DNA of 64,000 nucleotides from an uncultured bacterium (GTDB taxonomy: Bacteria > SAR324 > NAC60-12). Position 1 is the stretch's first letter. The number at the start of each line of letters is the position of its first letter. Below the pieces are notes generated by a model. That model saw nothing but the letters and a program-made list of their open reading frames with translations. It was not told the DNA's origin and did no database searches. Location: NCBI GenBank assembly GCA_965662235.1, contig CBFIGY010000006.1, forward strand, positions 45,021 through 109,020, written 5' to 3'. This document shows, piece after piece, positions 38,791 through 48,673 of this stretch. Position numbers and translations under genes: made by a program.

Positions 38791-40917
38791 CTAGACGGCG
38801 GCTCGGAGGCGCTCCGCCCAGTCGGCCAAGCGCTGACGAAGGTCTTCCTGTGACGCCCGACTCCGGTGGTGCAGGGCTTCCAGACTGCGCTGCTCTTCCA
38901 GCAACGAACGTCCCAGCTGCGCGGCATTTTCCCGAAACTCCTGCCCCATCTGAGCCAATCCGGCGAGCAGGTAGCGGTGCAGCAGGTTCTCTTGGTAATT
39001 GAACAGGTCAAAGCTGAGGGCCTCTGCCGCATCCTCCTTGAGCTGCTGCTCCAGTCGTTCACGGAGCGCCTGCATCCGTGCTTCTGGAGACTTGAAGGCT
39101 TCGCGTCCCAAGTTGAGGAGGCTTTTGAAGCGTGCTGCGCGGCTGAACTCGAGGGTGGAGGAAAACGTCGGAGGCGGCTGATCCGGAAACGAGGGCACCT
39201 GTAGAGCACGCTCCCATTCCACTTCTGCAAACGGAACTTCTGCCGACAGCAGGGTGGCAAACGCTTGACGCATCTGCGTCAATCCTTCTTCAAAGGATCC
39301 GGCTAACTGACGCAGCCGTGCCAGCAGTCCCGGATTGATCTCTTCTGCCAGAAAGCGCAGCTGCCGTTGCCGCAGGTCCTGATACGCCTCCAGCCCCAAC
39401 GCGCCCGGAAGCTCCAGCGCCACCTCTCGGAGCCGAATCTGCGAGCCCCAGGAAGCTGGCAGTTGGTACTGTTCCTGAAAGCGCTGCAGCTGCTGAAGTG
39501 GGCTCTGGCGTCCTTCGTGAAGAAAGGTCCGGACCTGCTCCTTGAGGGCGTCTCGCTGGGCGGAGAGCTTCTGTTCCAGCATGGCTTCCAGGGTGTGGAG
39601 GAGTTGTTCCAGACCGGACTCCGTCAGGCGGCCTAGGGGCATCTGGGCCTGACGTGCTTCCAGTGAATCCTGGGCCTGCTGCACCCACACAAGCACCCGC
39701 TGGGTCAGGGTCCGGAGGTGCTGCTGCTCGGTGCGCCGTAGCGCTGCCTGTCGGTGGGCCTGCCAGTTTTCCAGCGTTTGGGTCAGGTCGGTCCAGCCCT
39801 GCCGGTGCCGCTCAATCAGCTCCGGTGTCTGTTCCCAGAGCTGCAGCCTCAAGGCTTCCGTGGGACCCTGCGGCAATTCCTGCAGCAACTGATAGAGCGC
39901 AGAGACAGCGAGCACCGGCTGCGTTGTCTTCCACGCCCGGAGTTCCTGCTGCACAGACTGCCGCACCCGTTCGGCATCTTGCAGAGAGTCGTGTTCTCCC
40001 AGATCAAGGTTGAGGACAAAAACCGTGTGCTCAAGCAGCCCCAACTCGCGCAACACCCCGAGCAACCGAAGATCGGCCTCGCGTAGGCCTGTTCGGGAGC
40101 TGAGCACATAAAGCACTGCGGTGGTGCCCGCCAGGTATTCCTGTACCCGCAGCAGGTGGAGCGGGTTGGGAGAATCGCTGCCCTGACAGTCAGCCAACTC
40201 CAGCCCAAGGGGAAGCCCCGGAACCCGCAGCAGCACTCCGGCAAGGAATGCCGCGGTTTCGTCTCGGCTGACCCAGTCCTGGTGCTGCTGGGCCGCGTCA
40301 CCTGACCAGAGGAGCGGCTTGGGGTCTTCCTGAAGCCAGGGCTGCATTTCTGGCCACCCCTTCTGCAGGCACTGAAGCAGCCGGCGGTCTTCTTCCAACG
40401 CAGGGACTTCCTGAGGAAGCCGGTCCAGCCAATCCGGAAGTGCCCCCAGAAGGGCCTCCAGCGAGTCCGGAGGATTCCAAGGAACTTCTAGGGCGCGGGC
40501 CAGTCGAGCCGAAGCTCGGGCCGCTTCCGCCGTCAGTTCCGGAAGAGGACGCAGCTGGATTTCCGCCTGAAACGCCTTTCCTGTCCGGACTCGCGTGACT
40601 GCAGAGGTGAGGATTCCGGCCCCGCGTTTCACCAGGTCTTGACCCACCAAGGCATTGACTAGGGTCGATTTCCCGGATTTGACGGTTCCAATCACGGCCA
40701 CCCGCAGGTAGGCTTCCTGTTGGCGCTGGAGGGAGCGGTCAAGCTGCTGGCACCACTGCGGCACCGTTGCTTGAGCCTCAGGGAGGAGTTCAGCCAGTTC
40801 AGTCAGAAGAGGCTTCAGTCGTTCAGGCTCCGGGCACGGGGAGGACAAGGGGTTTCGCATCTCGGGTGGTCGCAGGATCATCGGGCTTCGCGGAGCCTTC
40901 AAACTAGCAAACTTCAA
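38791..40917 (-). CDS. Bacterial dynamin-like GTPase; start may be 40860
   Basis: G1 GTVKSGKST, G2 TSAVT, G3 DCQG, long helical C-terminal region. Confidence 0.82.
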   Translation of the reverse strand: MKFASLKAPRSPMILRPPEMRNPLSSPCPEPERLKPLLTELAELLPEAQATVPQWCQQLDRSLQRQQEAYLRVAVIGTVKSGKSTLVNALVGQDLVKRGAGILTSAVTRVRTGKAFQAEIQLRPLPELTAEAARASARLARALEVPWNPPDSLEALLGALPDWLDRLPQEVPALEEDRRLLQCLQKGWPEMQPWLQEDPKPLLWSGDAAQQHQDWVSRDETAAFLAGVLLRVPGLPLGLELADCQGSDSPNPLHLLRVQEYLAGTTAVLYVLSSRTGLREADLRLLGVLRELGLLEHTVFVLNLDLGEHDSLQDAERVRQSVQQELRAWKTTQPVLAVSALYQLLQELPQGPTEALRLQLWEQTPELIERHRQGWTDLTQTLENWQAHRQAALRRTEQQHLRTLTQRVLVWVQQAQDSLEARQAQMPLGRLTESGLEQLLHTLEAMLEQKLSAQRDALKEQVRTFLHEGRQSPLQQLQRFQEQYQLPASWGSQIRLREVALELPGALGLEAYQDLRQRQLRFLAEEINPGLLARLRQLAGSFEEGLTQMRQAFATLLSAEVPFAEVEWERALQVPSFPDQPPPTFSSTLEFSRAARFKSLLNLGREAFKSPEARMQALRERLEQQLKEDAAEALSFDLFNYQENLLHRYLLAGLAQMGQEFRENAAQLGRSLLEEQRSLEALHHRSRASQEDLRQRLADWAERLRAAV

Positions 40918-40947
40918 CCGATTCGCAAGTAGACGGCTTACTCGTTG

Positions 40948-40992
40948 CAGGGAAATTCCCTGTTTGCTCTTCGATTAAGGGTATGATAAATT
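40948..40992 (+). promoter_or_regulatory. Putative promoter of the M23-bactofilin operon with upstream palindrome
   Basis: CAGGGAA-A-TTCCCTG (40948-40962) lies 1 nt upstream of TTGCTC-N17-TAAATT with an extended -10 TG. Confidence 0.45.
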
Positions 40993-41035
40993 CAACTGCT
41001 TTGAAGACCTACCTTAAAACGCGCATTATCTCTGC

Positions 41036-42376
41036 ATGAAAAGTTTCTCCATCGTTTTACTTAGAAAGTCCGGGCGTGGGGTGAACCAGTGGTTCATCAG
41101 CTCCAAGATCATCGCTGTCCTCGGGCTTTTGCTCTTAGCTGGTGGAGGACGCCTTGGCTTCCTTTTTTATCAGCAGGATCAGCTTCTTAAGAAGCAACAA
41201 ACCATCATACTCGAACAAGAATCTGCCCAGGCGGAGCTGCAACGGAAGCTCGATCTGTACGACGGACGGGAGTCCCGCATTCAGTTTCTTGAGGATTATG
41301 TTGAGGAGCTGAAGCAAACCGCCTACAACAGCGAAACCGCCTACAAGAAGCACTTGGCCCTCACGAAAGCGGCGACGGATCAGCTTCAGGAACTCCACGA
41401 CCTGATGTGTGAGCGCCTGCAGGCCAGTTGTCCTCCCAACCCCTATGATCCGGAAGATTCACGTCAGCACGTCCTCTGGCTCACACAGATTCAGCAGAAC
41501 CTCGACATGCTGAGCACCCGGTTCCGGGATGCCCTAGCCAGCCGGGAAACTTATGAAGAGCAGGCCGGACGCATTGAGCAGCTCAAGGCGCAGCTGGCCA
41601 AGGCCGAGCAGGACCTGGCTGAGCACATGACCTACCTGCAGGCCCGGAGTGCCACCGTTGAGCGCCTTGCGGAGCGCATCACCAACACCACCGGCATCAA
41701 CCTCACCGGCGAAGCGGCCGGCTTGCAGCGGGCTAAGGGAAGCGAAGGCAACCGCGGTGGTCCTACCTTGGAAGACCGCATGTCGTTGGAAAATCCGGAT
41801 GACTTTGTGCAGCAGGGACGCCTCCGGGACTTCCTTTATGCCAACTCCTTCGAGTACGAAAATTTTGTCCGAGAATTTGAGGACCTGAGCCAGATGGTCG
41901 CTCAGAACGAAACCTACTGGCGGCAGACCCCAACTTCGATTCCAGTCCGGAGCCGGTTGCTTTCCGACCGTTACGGACTACGGGTGGACCCATTCACCAA
42001 GAAGCGCGCCTTTCACTCTGGCCTCGACTTCACGGCCCGCACAGGCACCAAGGTTTATGCTCCAGCGGACGGATTGGTGCGCATCGCCAAAAGCCACTTT
42101 GGTTACGGGTTGCTGGTGGAGCTTGACCATGGCCGGGGCTTCATGCCGGGAAAACGCCAAACGGTTCGTTACCGGACCCGATATGGCCACCTCTCTCGGA
42201 TCCTTGTCAAGAAGGGGCAGCGCGTCAAACGTGGGGATCTATTGGGGCTCGTTGGCAGCACCGGACGCAGCACTGGTCCGCACCTGCACTACGAAGTGCT
42301 CATCAACAACCGGAACGCAGACCCGCTGCTGGCCATTTCTCGCTTCAACCCCGGCAGTCGCCTCTACGTCCGTTAA
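41036..42376 (+). CDS. M23 family peptidoglycan endopeptidase with TM anchor and coiled coil
   Basis: FHSGLDF, YGHLS, GSTGRSTGPHLHYEV motifs. Confidence 0.93.
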   Translation: MKSFSIVLLRKSGRGVNQWFISSKIIAVLGLLLLAGGGRLGFLFYQQDQLLKKQQTIILEQESAQAELQRKLDLYDGRESRIQFLEDYVEELKQTAYNSETAYKKHLALTKAATDQLQELHDLMCERLQASCPPNPYDPEDSRQHVLWLTQIQQNLDMLSTRFRDALASRETYEEQAGRIEQLKAQLAKAEQDLAEHMTYLQARSATVERLAERITNTTGINLTGEAAGLQRAKGSEGNRGGPTLEDRMSLENPDDFVQQGRLRDFLYANSFEYENFVREFEDLSQMVAQNETYWRQTPTSIPVRSRLLSDRYGLRVDPFTKKRAFHSGLDFTARTGTKVYAPADGLVRIAKSHFGYGLLVELDHGRGFMPGKRQTVRYRTRYGHLSRILVKKGQRVKRGDLLGLVGSTGRSTGPHLHYEVLINNRNADPLLAISRFNPGSRLYVR

Positions 42377-42379
42377 GAC

Positions 42380-42727
42380 ATGAACAACAAATCACTGGGT
42401 TTGCTGGCGGAAGACCTGTTTCTTGAAGGAAACATCGACTGCGGGGAGCAGATCGTCATCAACGGCGAAATTCACGGCACCATCACCGGCCGTGGCGAGA
42501 TTCTGGTGGGACAGTCCGGGCGCATCCGCGGGGACTTGGATGGTGACACCGTGACCATCGCCGGCAAGATGGAGGGCAACATGTTCATTCATGAGCAGCT
42601 GGAAGTCGCGGCCACCGGAAACGTGATGGGGCACATTCAGGTCAAACCCGGACGCATGATCATCCGTGAAGGCGCCCTCGTTCAGGGAGATTGTCAGTTT
42701 CTGAAAGAGCAGGACCGCAGCGCATGA
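42380..42727 (+). CDS. Bactofilin (polymer-forming cytoskeletal protein)
   Basis: Beta-helix repeats INGEIHGTI, VGQSGRIRGDL, IAGKMEGN, IREGALVQG; follows an M23 gene. Confidence 0.9.
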   Translation: MNNKSLGLLAEDLFLEGNIDCGEQIVINGEIHGTITGRGEILVGQSGRIRGDLDGDTVTIAGKMEGNMFIHEQLEVAATGNVMGHIQVKPGRMIIREGALVQGDCQFLKEQDRSA

Positions 42728-43173
42728 ACCTCCACCGCAACCGCCTTCTGCAGGGACAGCAGAGCCACCGGAGCCGCCCCGCGAGCCCCACGACGGTGGT
42801 GCGCAAGGACGACCGGGTGCTGTACATCCGGGGCCTCTTTGCACCGCCCAAGGAGCAGGAGCCGGATACCTTCCGCAAGACTCAGGAATCAGAGGAATGG
42901 CGACAGTTGTTTTCCATTGGGCTGCTGCTGTCCTTCGGTTTGATCGTGGGGATCATCTCGGTGGTTGGAGACTACGGACTCTGGAGCCGCGGACAGATGA
43001 CGGACCGCAAGGTCCAGCTGGAGGAGGAAATCTCAGAACTCCGGCACCAAAAAGCTCAGCTCCGGCAGGAAATTGTGGCGCTGCGTGAAAGCCCAGCCTA
43101 CCTGGAACAGGTCGCTCGGCAGGAGCTCGGGCTGGTGGGAAAAAAAGACCACATCTACCTCGTTTTCCCCTGA
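42724..43173 (+). CDS. ftsB: Septum formation initiator (FtsB/DivIC family)
   Basis: TM helix, GDYGL, coiled coil, YLEQVARQELGLV. Confidence 0.8.
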   Translation: MNLHRNRLLQGQQSHRSRPASPTTVVRKDDRVLYIRGLFAPPKEQEPDTFRKTQESEEWRQLFSIGLLLSFGLIVGIISVVGDYGLWSRGQMTDRKVQLEEEISELRHQKAQLRQEIVALRESPAYLEQVARQELGLVGKKDHIYLVFP

Positions 43174-43209
43174 TCGCTTCTCACGAAGCTCCTCCAGCCC
43201 ATTTGCCTG

Positions 43210-43866
43210 ATGACGGAAGCCCTAATCGTCTGTAACGGCACCCCTCCCTCTTCTCAACTCCTGCACGCCCACTGGAACCGTGTCGCCCTCCGGGTGGCCG
43301 CCGATGGAGGCGCCAATGCCTTGTTTCAGCAGGGGCTGCTTCCGGATGTCGTGGTCGGCGACCTAGATTCTCTGCACCCGGCCCCCCGAGAGCGCCTTCA
43401 GCCCGAACAGCTCATCCACCTTCAGGATCAGGATACCAACGATGCTGACAAGGCAATCGCCTACTGCTGTCAGCAGGGCATGGAGCAGATCCACCTGCTG
43501 GGCGCCGAAGGTCAACGGGCCGATCAGTTTCTGGCGAACCTGGAGGTGATGCTCAAGTACTCGAAACGCGCTCGGGTGCTGCTCTGGACGGAACGGGAGC
43601 GCTGCGAGTTCCTCCACGAGTTCTGGGAAGAAACCCTCCCGGTTGGCACCACGGTTTCCCTGCTCCCGATCTTCGGAGGAGCAGCGGGCATCCACACGCA
43701 GGGGTTGGCGTATGCCCTAAGCAACGCGAGCCTGCTTCCCGGACGTCCTCCGACCGGCGTTTCCAATCAGACCACGGCCCCTGAAGTGTCCGTCCGGTTG
43801 ACCTCCGGACAGCTGCTCCTTACGGTGGCACACCCGGCTGCAGGTGCTTCCAGCCTTGCGCATTGA
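43210..43866 (+). CDS. thiN: Thiamine pyrophosphokinase
   Basis: AADGGAN, VGDLDS, DQDTNDADKA, GVSN motifs. Confidence 0.92.
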   Translation: MTEALIVCNGTPPSSQLLHAHWNRVALRVAADGGANALFQQGLLPDVVVGDLDSLHPAPRERLQPEQLIHLQDQDTNDADKAIAYCCQQGMEQIHLLGAEGQRADQFLANLEVMLKYSKRARVLLWTERERCEFLHEFWEETLPVGTTVSLLPIFGGAAGIHTQGLAYALSNASLLPGRPPTGVSNQTTAPEVSVRLTSGQLLLTVAHPAAGASSLAH

Positions 43867-43939
43867 GGACGGGCTCAGGACAATGCCTCACAATGCTTTT
43901 TCGACCCTTTCTGAAGACGCTTGCTGACGAGACGGCCCT

Positions 43940-44344
43940 ATGGATGGACAACGCAAGATCCTCATCGCGGCTGCCGCTGTTGCAGGGCTCGTTTTAGTGT
44001 GGCTGGGGCTGCAGAACTCCGGCCGCTCGCACCTGCTGGGCACGAACAATCCCGACGCCAAGAGTGAACCGTTCCGGAGCTGTGACCCGGCGATTGAGGA
44101 GGCTGTTGGAGAAAGCCTGAAGTTCAGTGTCCTGACCACTGCTGTGATTGAAACTCCCGAGGGCCTGAACGTCTACCGCGGGTTCACATCGTCCTCAGGC
44201 ACGGGGGAAGCCCTGTGCAAGGTCCGGAATGGCACCGTGGAAATTGAGCTGAACCCAGGACCTCCTCCGCCTGCCGAAGAGGCTCCTCCTCAAAAGGGGG
44301 ACCTTCCTCCGGCACCACCGGCAGAGCCTCCTCCGGCCAACTAA
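43940..44344 (+). CDS. Hypothetical membrane-anchored protein with Pro-rich tail
   Basis: N-terminal TM helix, two Cys, PPPPAEEAPP tail. Confidence 0.6.
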   Translation: MDGQRKILIAAAAVAGLVLVWLGLQNSGRSHLLGTNNPDAKSEPFRSCDPAIEEAVGESLKFSVLTTAVIETPEGLNVYRGFTSSSGTGEALCKVRNGTVEIELNPGPPPPAEEAPPQKGDLPPAPPAEPPPAN

Positions 44345-44388
44345 CAAGGCTGCCGGCCTTGCCTGACCTTCTTTTACAAGGAACCTCC

Positions 44389-45888
44389 ATGTCGCTGCGA
44401 ACCCACTCCCTAGTTGACCGGATTCAAGAACAGGCTCAAAGCAAAGGGGACCAAACCGCCTTTGTCTGCGGAACCGATGCTCTGACGTTTGCCGACTACG
44501 CGGATCAAGTGCTCCGGGCAGCCGCAGGGCTCCGAGCACAGGGATTGGCGCCCGGAGATCGCGTTGCAGTGCTGCTGGACAACGGATTGGAGACGGCGGT
44601 CGCGTACGGCGCGTGTATGGCCGCAGGGCTGATTGCGGTGGGCCTCAACACCCGTACGGCCGCAGAGGAGATGGCTCAGGTGCTGGAGATCACCACTCCC
44701 CGCCTGCTTCTTTCTCAGGAGCGCTTTTTGGAGACCACGCAGGTGCTGCAAAAAACGGTTCCGCAGCAGGTGCGGGTTGACGGCTCCGGAGCCTCTTGGA
44801 AGGAACTGCTTGCCCATGCGCCGCTTGCGGATCCAGCTACGGATCCGACGCAAGGGTGCGTCATCATCCCCACTGCAGCGGTGGGAGGCGTCCCCAAAGG
44901 GGCGTTGCTGAGTCAGCAGAACCTCCAAGCCGCCTGCCAGGTTCACCTGCTTCACTTTGGTGCCGACGCCCTGTCCGGTCACTTGGGAGTGATGCCGCTG
45001 TTTCATGTGATGGGGTTGACGTCGCTGTGGGCGTCGTTTCTCTGTGGTGGCAAGACCGTTTTGCTGCCTCAGTTTGACCCGCAGGTCTCGGTTCAGGCCA
45101 TTGACCAGCACCAGCTGACCTACTTCGGCTCCTTTCCACCCATCCTGGGGCGCATTTTGGAGGCTGCCCAAGAGTCGGGCTCTGTGCTTCCGAGCCTGAA
45201 GCTCGTCTATGGACTGGAAGGCCCGGACGGCATCCAGCGTTTGCATCAGGAAACTCAGGCGACGTTCTGGACCGGGTTTGGCCAGGCTGAAACCAGTGCC
45301 TTTGTCACGGTTGCTCCAGCCACTGAGCGTCCGGGCTCATCTGGGCGGGCCAGCTGGATCAACTCGGTTGCTGTGGTCAACGAAGCCGATGAACGGCTTC
45401 CGGCTGGAGAGGCGGGAGAGATTGTTGTCCGTGGGGAAAACATCATGCTGGAGTACTGGGGACACCCTGAGGCGACCGCTCACGTTTTCCGGAATGACTG
45501 GCACCACACGGGAGACATCGGTCGTTTGGATGCCGACGGCTACCTGCACTATGTCAAGCGCAAGGCTGAGAAGGAGCTCATCAAGACCGGAGGTGAAAAT
45601 GTGTATCCGGGAGAGGTGGAAGCCGTTCTGCTGCGTCATCCAGATGTGGCTGCCGCGTGTGTGATTGGGGTGCCGGATGCGACTTGGGGAGAGTCGGTGA
45701 AGGCGCTTTGTGTCCGGAAGCCGGGGGCGACGGTGGAGGCTGAAGCGCTCCGAGCATTTGTCGGGAGCCAGATTGCAGGCTTCAAGCGTCCACGCCTGAT
45801 CGAGTTTGTCCCGGAGTTACCGGGACAGGAGGCGGGCGAGATTGACCGTGAGGCGGTCAAGGCTCAGTATGGCGCTCAATCTGCTTGA
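44389..45888 (+). CDS. AMP-dependent acyl-CoA synthetase/ligase (atypical P-loop subfamily)
   Basis: [33 protein letters not shown] motifs; P-loop reads [11 protein letters not shown]. Confidence 0.88.
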   Translation: MSLRTHSLVDRIQEQAQSKGDQTAFVCGTDALTFADYADQVLRAAAGLRAQGLAPGDRVAVLLDNGLETAVAYGACMAAGLIAVGLNTRTAAEEMAQVLEITTPRLLLSQERFLETTQVLQKTVPQQVRVDGSGASWKELLAHAPLADPATDPTQGCVIIPTAAVGGVPKGALLSQQNLQAACQVHLLHFGADALSGHLGVMPLFHVMGLTSLWASFLCGGKTVLLPQFDPQVSVQAIDQHQLTYFGSFPPILGRILEAAQESGSVLPSLKLVYGLEGPDGIQRLHQETQATFWTGFGQAETSAFVTVAPATERPGSSGRASWINSVAVVNEADERLPAGEAGEIVVRGENIMLEYWGHPEATAHVFRNDWHHTGDIGRLDADGYLHYVKRKAEKELIKTGGENVYPGEVEAVLLRHPDVAAACVIGVPDATWGESVKALCVRKPGATVEAEALRAFVGSQIAGFKRPRLIEFVPELPGQEAGEIDREAVKAQYGAQSA

Positions 45889-46336
45889 GGAGGCGGGCCA
45901 TTTCAATGCCTGTGACCACGGCGTTGCGGCCCTGGTTTCCGGCCTTGGTTCCAGCGCGTTCAATGGCCTGTTCAATGGTGTCGGTGGTGAGCACGCCGAA
46001 GATAACGGGAACCTCGGTTTCCAGACTTGCTGAAGCGATCCCGGAGGCCGCGCTGCCGCAGACGTAGTCGTAGTGCGAGGTGGCTCCCCGGATCACCGCT
46101 CCTAGGCAGATCACGGTGTCATAATTTCCGGAAGCCGCGAGTTTTTTGGCCGCAAGGGGCAGCTCAAAAGCACCCGGTACATGCGCCACGGTTACGTTGT
46201 CCCGGGAGCCACCATGACGGGTGAAGGCATCCAGGGCGCCTTCCAGCAGCCGTTCGCAGATGAACTCGTTGAAGCGAGCCACCACGATGGCCACGCGCAG
46301 GTCAGTGGCGACCAGGTCGCCTTCCAGGTGCTTCAT
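45857..46336 (-). CDS. ribH: 6,7-dimethyl-8-ribityllumazine synthase
   Basis: [37 protein letters not shown] motifs. Confidence 0.97.
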   Translation of the reverse strand: MKHLEGDLVATDLRVAIVVARFNEFICERLLEGALDAFTRHGGSRDNVTVAHVPGAFELPLAAKKLAASGNYDTVICLGAVIRGATSHYDYVCGSAASGIASASLETEVPVIFGVLTTDTIEQAIERAGTKAGNQGRNAVVTGIEMARLLKQIERHTEP

Positions 46337-46665
46337 GCAGAACCTTTCTCAGAAGTGTCGTCCGCGGTTTCATCCATGCCACGGAGCGTTTTGAAGTTGT
46401 AGAGCCCGGTGCTGTGCCCATCGCTCCAGTGGATGCGCAACGCATAATTTCCCACATACTCGCTCCCAAGGGGGTGAATGTCTGGGGGAATGCTGGAGCG
46501 CTCAAGTCGCTTCTGCCCGGTGATTTCGTCCACACACTCCGCGCACGGGCAGGCGTCCCGGAGGTCCAGAAAGGCGTAATGGCTCTCGTGCCCGTCGCGC
46601 CAGAGGACGTAAACGTCGTCAGCAAGGAGTATTTTTTCGGGTTTGGTGCGTTTTAACTTTAACAT
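46333..46665 (-). CDS. DUF971 / gamma-butyrobetaine hydroxylase N-terminal-like protein
   Basis: [10 protein letters not shown] and [19 protein letters not shown] motifs. Confidence 0.9.
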   Translation of the reverse strand: MLKLKRTKPEKILLADDVYVLWRDGHESHYAFLDLRDACPCAECVDEITGQKRLERSSIPPDIHPLGSEYVGNYALRIHWSDGHSTGLYNFKTLRGMDETADDTSEKGSA

Positions 46666-46856
46666 GGGGGCTTGGCTTAAAGTGTGCAGAGGTAAGCACG
46701 CGAGAAAATCTTGTGTTTGTCTGTCAATTTACAGTAACTGATTGGACTTCTCAAGCAGTGAACTCCGGAGGACTTCAGGCGTTCTGAGAGACTCAAGCCT
46801 GAGCACTGTACCGCCCTTCCGGCCTTTCTCCAGGGATCCTTCATCACAGAATCATT

Positions 46857-47225
46857 ATGTCAGAAACGACAGGAAAATTTTCCTCCATTCCTCAGGCTCC
46901 GGTTCCAGAGGGGGCTAAGGAGCACTTCGAGTCCATGTCGAAGAAGACAGAGTCCTTTCACGTGGCGAAGGACCAGCTTCTGAGCGCCAGCACCAAGGAA
47001 GAGCTGAAGAGCAAGCTTCCCATCGCCATTGTCCTCAAGAAGAACCTCAAGCAGGACGTGGATCAGATCTACACGCGGTTCAAGGAGTTCAAGGAGAACA
47101 ATCCGGATCCGGATGAGGTGCACGAGTTCAAGGAAGCCTGCAACAACATCATCCGTGATGCCCAAAAGGCGCATCAGGAAATCAAGAACAAGGTGTACGC
47201 GGTGTACGACAAAAAGACGTCGTGA
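46857..47225 (+). CDS. Hypothetical Lys/Glu-rich helical protein
   Basis: Clean ORF with strongly biased codons (AAG, GAG, ATC, TTC); GTGA overlap with tmk. Confidence 0.75.
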   Translation: MSETTGKFSSIPQAPVPEGAKEHFESMSKKTESFHVAKDQLLSASTKEELKSKLPIAIVLKKNLKQDVDQIYTRFKEFKENNPDPDEVHEFKEACNNIIRDAQKAHQEIKNKVYAVYDKKTS

Positions 47226-47878
47226 CCTCACCTTGGCCTCCAAACCATCCTCCGCACCCTCGTGCCGGCCGGTTCCTGACCTTTGAAGGAATTGACGGCT
47301 CCGGAAAATCGACCCAGCTTGAGCGGACCCAGCAGTGGTTGGAAGCTCAGGGACGCCCGGTGCTGGTCACCAAGGAGCCCGGAGGCACCTTCATTGGTCA
47401 GCAGATCCGAGAGGTGCTCCTGCACCCAGACCACCAGGCGCTCTGTGAGGTGAGCGAACTCCTGCTTTATTTGTCCGATCGGGTACAGCACCTGCAAGAA
47501 AAGATTCTGCCGGCGTTGCAGGCAGGGACCTGGGTGCTGTGTGACCGCTTCCACGACTCAACGGTCGCCTATCAGGGATACGGACGAGGGCTGGACCTTT
47601 CAGCACTTGACTCCGTGGTGGCGCACCACATTGCCCCTCATGTTCCCGACCGGACCTTCTGGTTGGACCTGTCTCCCCAGCAAAGCCTTCAGCGCCTGCA
47701 ACAGCGAGGACGCACCCCGGATCGCCTTGATCAGGAATCCCTAGCCTTTTTTGAACGGGTGCGACGCGGTTACCAGGCCCTGGCGCAGTCGCAGCCTCAT
47801 CGCCTAGTGCCCCTTGACGCAGAAGCGTCCATTGAGGACCTTCATCAGCAGATCATTTCGCAGCTGTCCGCGTTCTGA
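47222..47878 (+). CDS. tmk: Thymidylate kinase
   Basis: TFEGIDGSGKSTQ, KEPGGT, LCDRFHDSTVAYQG motifs. Confidence 0.96.
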   Translation: MTSPWPPNHPPHPRAGRFLTFEGIDGSGKSTQLERTQQWLEAQGRPVLVTKEPGGTFIGQQIREVLLHPDHQALCEVSELLLYLSDRVQHLQEKILPALQAGTWVLCDRFHDSTVAYQGYGRGLDLSALDSVVAHHIAPHVPDRTFWLDLSPQQSLQRLQQRGRTPDRLDQESLAFFERVRRGYQALAQSQPHRLVPLDAEASIEDLHQQIISQLSAF

Positions 47879-47920
47879 ATTTCGTCTGTCATTCTTTCAT
47901 TCCCAGCCAATAAAGCCTTC

Positions 47921-48667
47921 ATGCGCAGCGTATCGTTCCAGAGACCCTTGGAGTATCAACTTGTCACTGAAACAGAAGAATGGACCCAGGGAGACTTCAT
48001 CCGGGGGACGCTCCGAATTGCCAACAACGGTGGCGAATCGACTCCGCCACAGGTGGCGCACGTCATCCTAGCGCATGCCCTCAAGAAGGACCTCAAGGCT
48101 GGAGACGCCAACTGGCAGGTGTTTGAGCGGGTTGAAATGGAGGTGCCGGCCCTGAACGCGCAGGAGGCTCACATCGGGGAGTGGGAGCTGCACTTGCCGT
48201 CAGAAAGTCCGATTACGGACAAATCCGGAGCCCTGCACCTGGTTTTCGGAAACGACGAGGCCTTGGAAACCGGCGGACGCATTGACCTGCAGGTGACGCT
48301 GCATCCCATTTTGCAGAGCTTCCTGCAGACCTTCACGACGCAGTTCAAGTTTCTGGAAAAGTACCAGAAGAGCGTGGAGGGTTGGACTGAGGTGAAGCTG
48401 GTGCCTCCGGACTCTCGGGAGTATCCGCAGCTGGACGAGCTGCTCCTGCAGTTCCGCATCCTGCAAGAACGGCTGGAGATCCGTTACGGGTTCCGGGTCC
48501 GCTCCCTCAAGCGAGAGGGCGAGAGCATGAAGGTCCGGCGTAAGAAGAAGGAGGTGGAGCAGGCTCTGGATTCCACAGAATACCTGCTCCCCGGGGGCTT
48601 TCCGAACCGCAATCTTTTGCGGGAAAGCATTGACGCCGCCTTGGAAGAAGTCCGCAGCGGCTTCTGA
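47921..48667 (+). CDS. Hypothetical protein, possibly Spo0M/arrestin-like fold
   Basis: GDFIRGTLRI, WELHLPSESPIT and VTLHPILQSFL segments parallel Spo0M motifs. Confidence 0.5.
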   Translation: MRSVSFQRPLEYQLVTETEEWTQGDFIRGTLRIANNGGESTPPQVAHVILAHALKKDLKAGDANWQVFERVEMEVPALNAQEAHIGEWELHLPSESPITDKSGALHLVFGNDEALETGGRIDLQVTLHPILQSFLQTFTTQFKFLEKYQKSVEGWTEVKLVPPDSREYPQLDELLLQFRILQERLEIRYGFRVRSLKREGESMKVRRKKKEVEQALDSTEYLLPGGFPNRNLLRESIDAALEEVRSGF

Positions 48668-48673
48668 AGGAGG

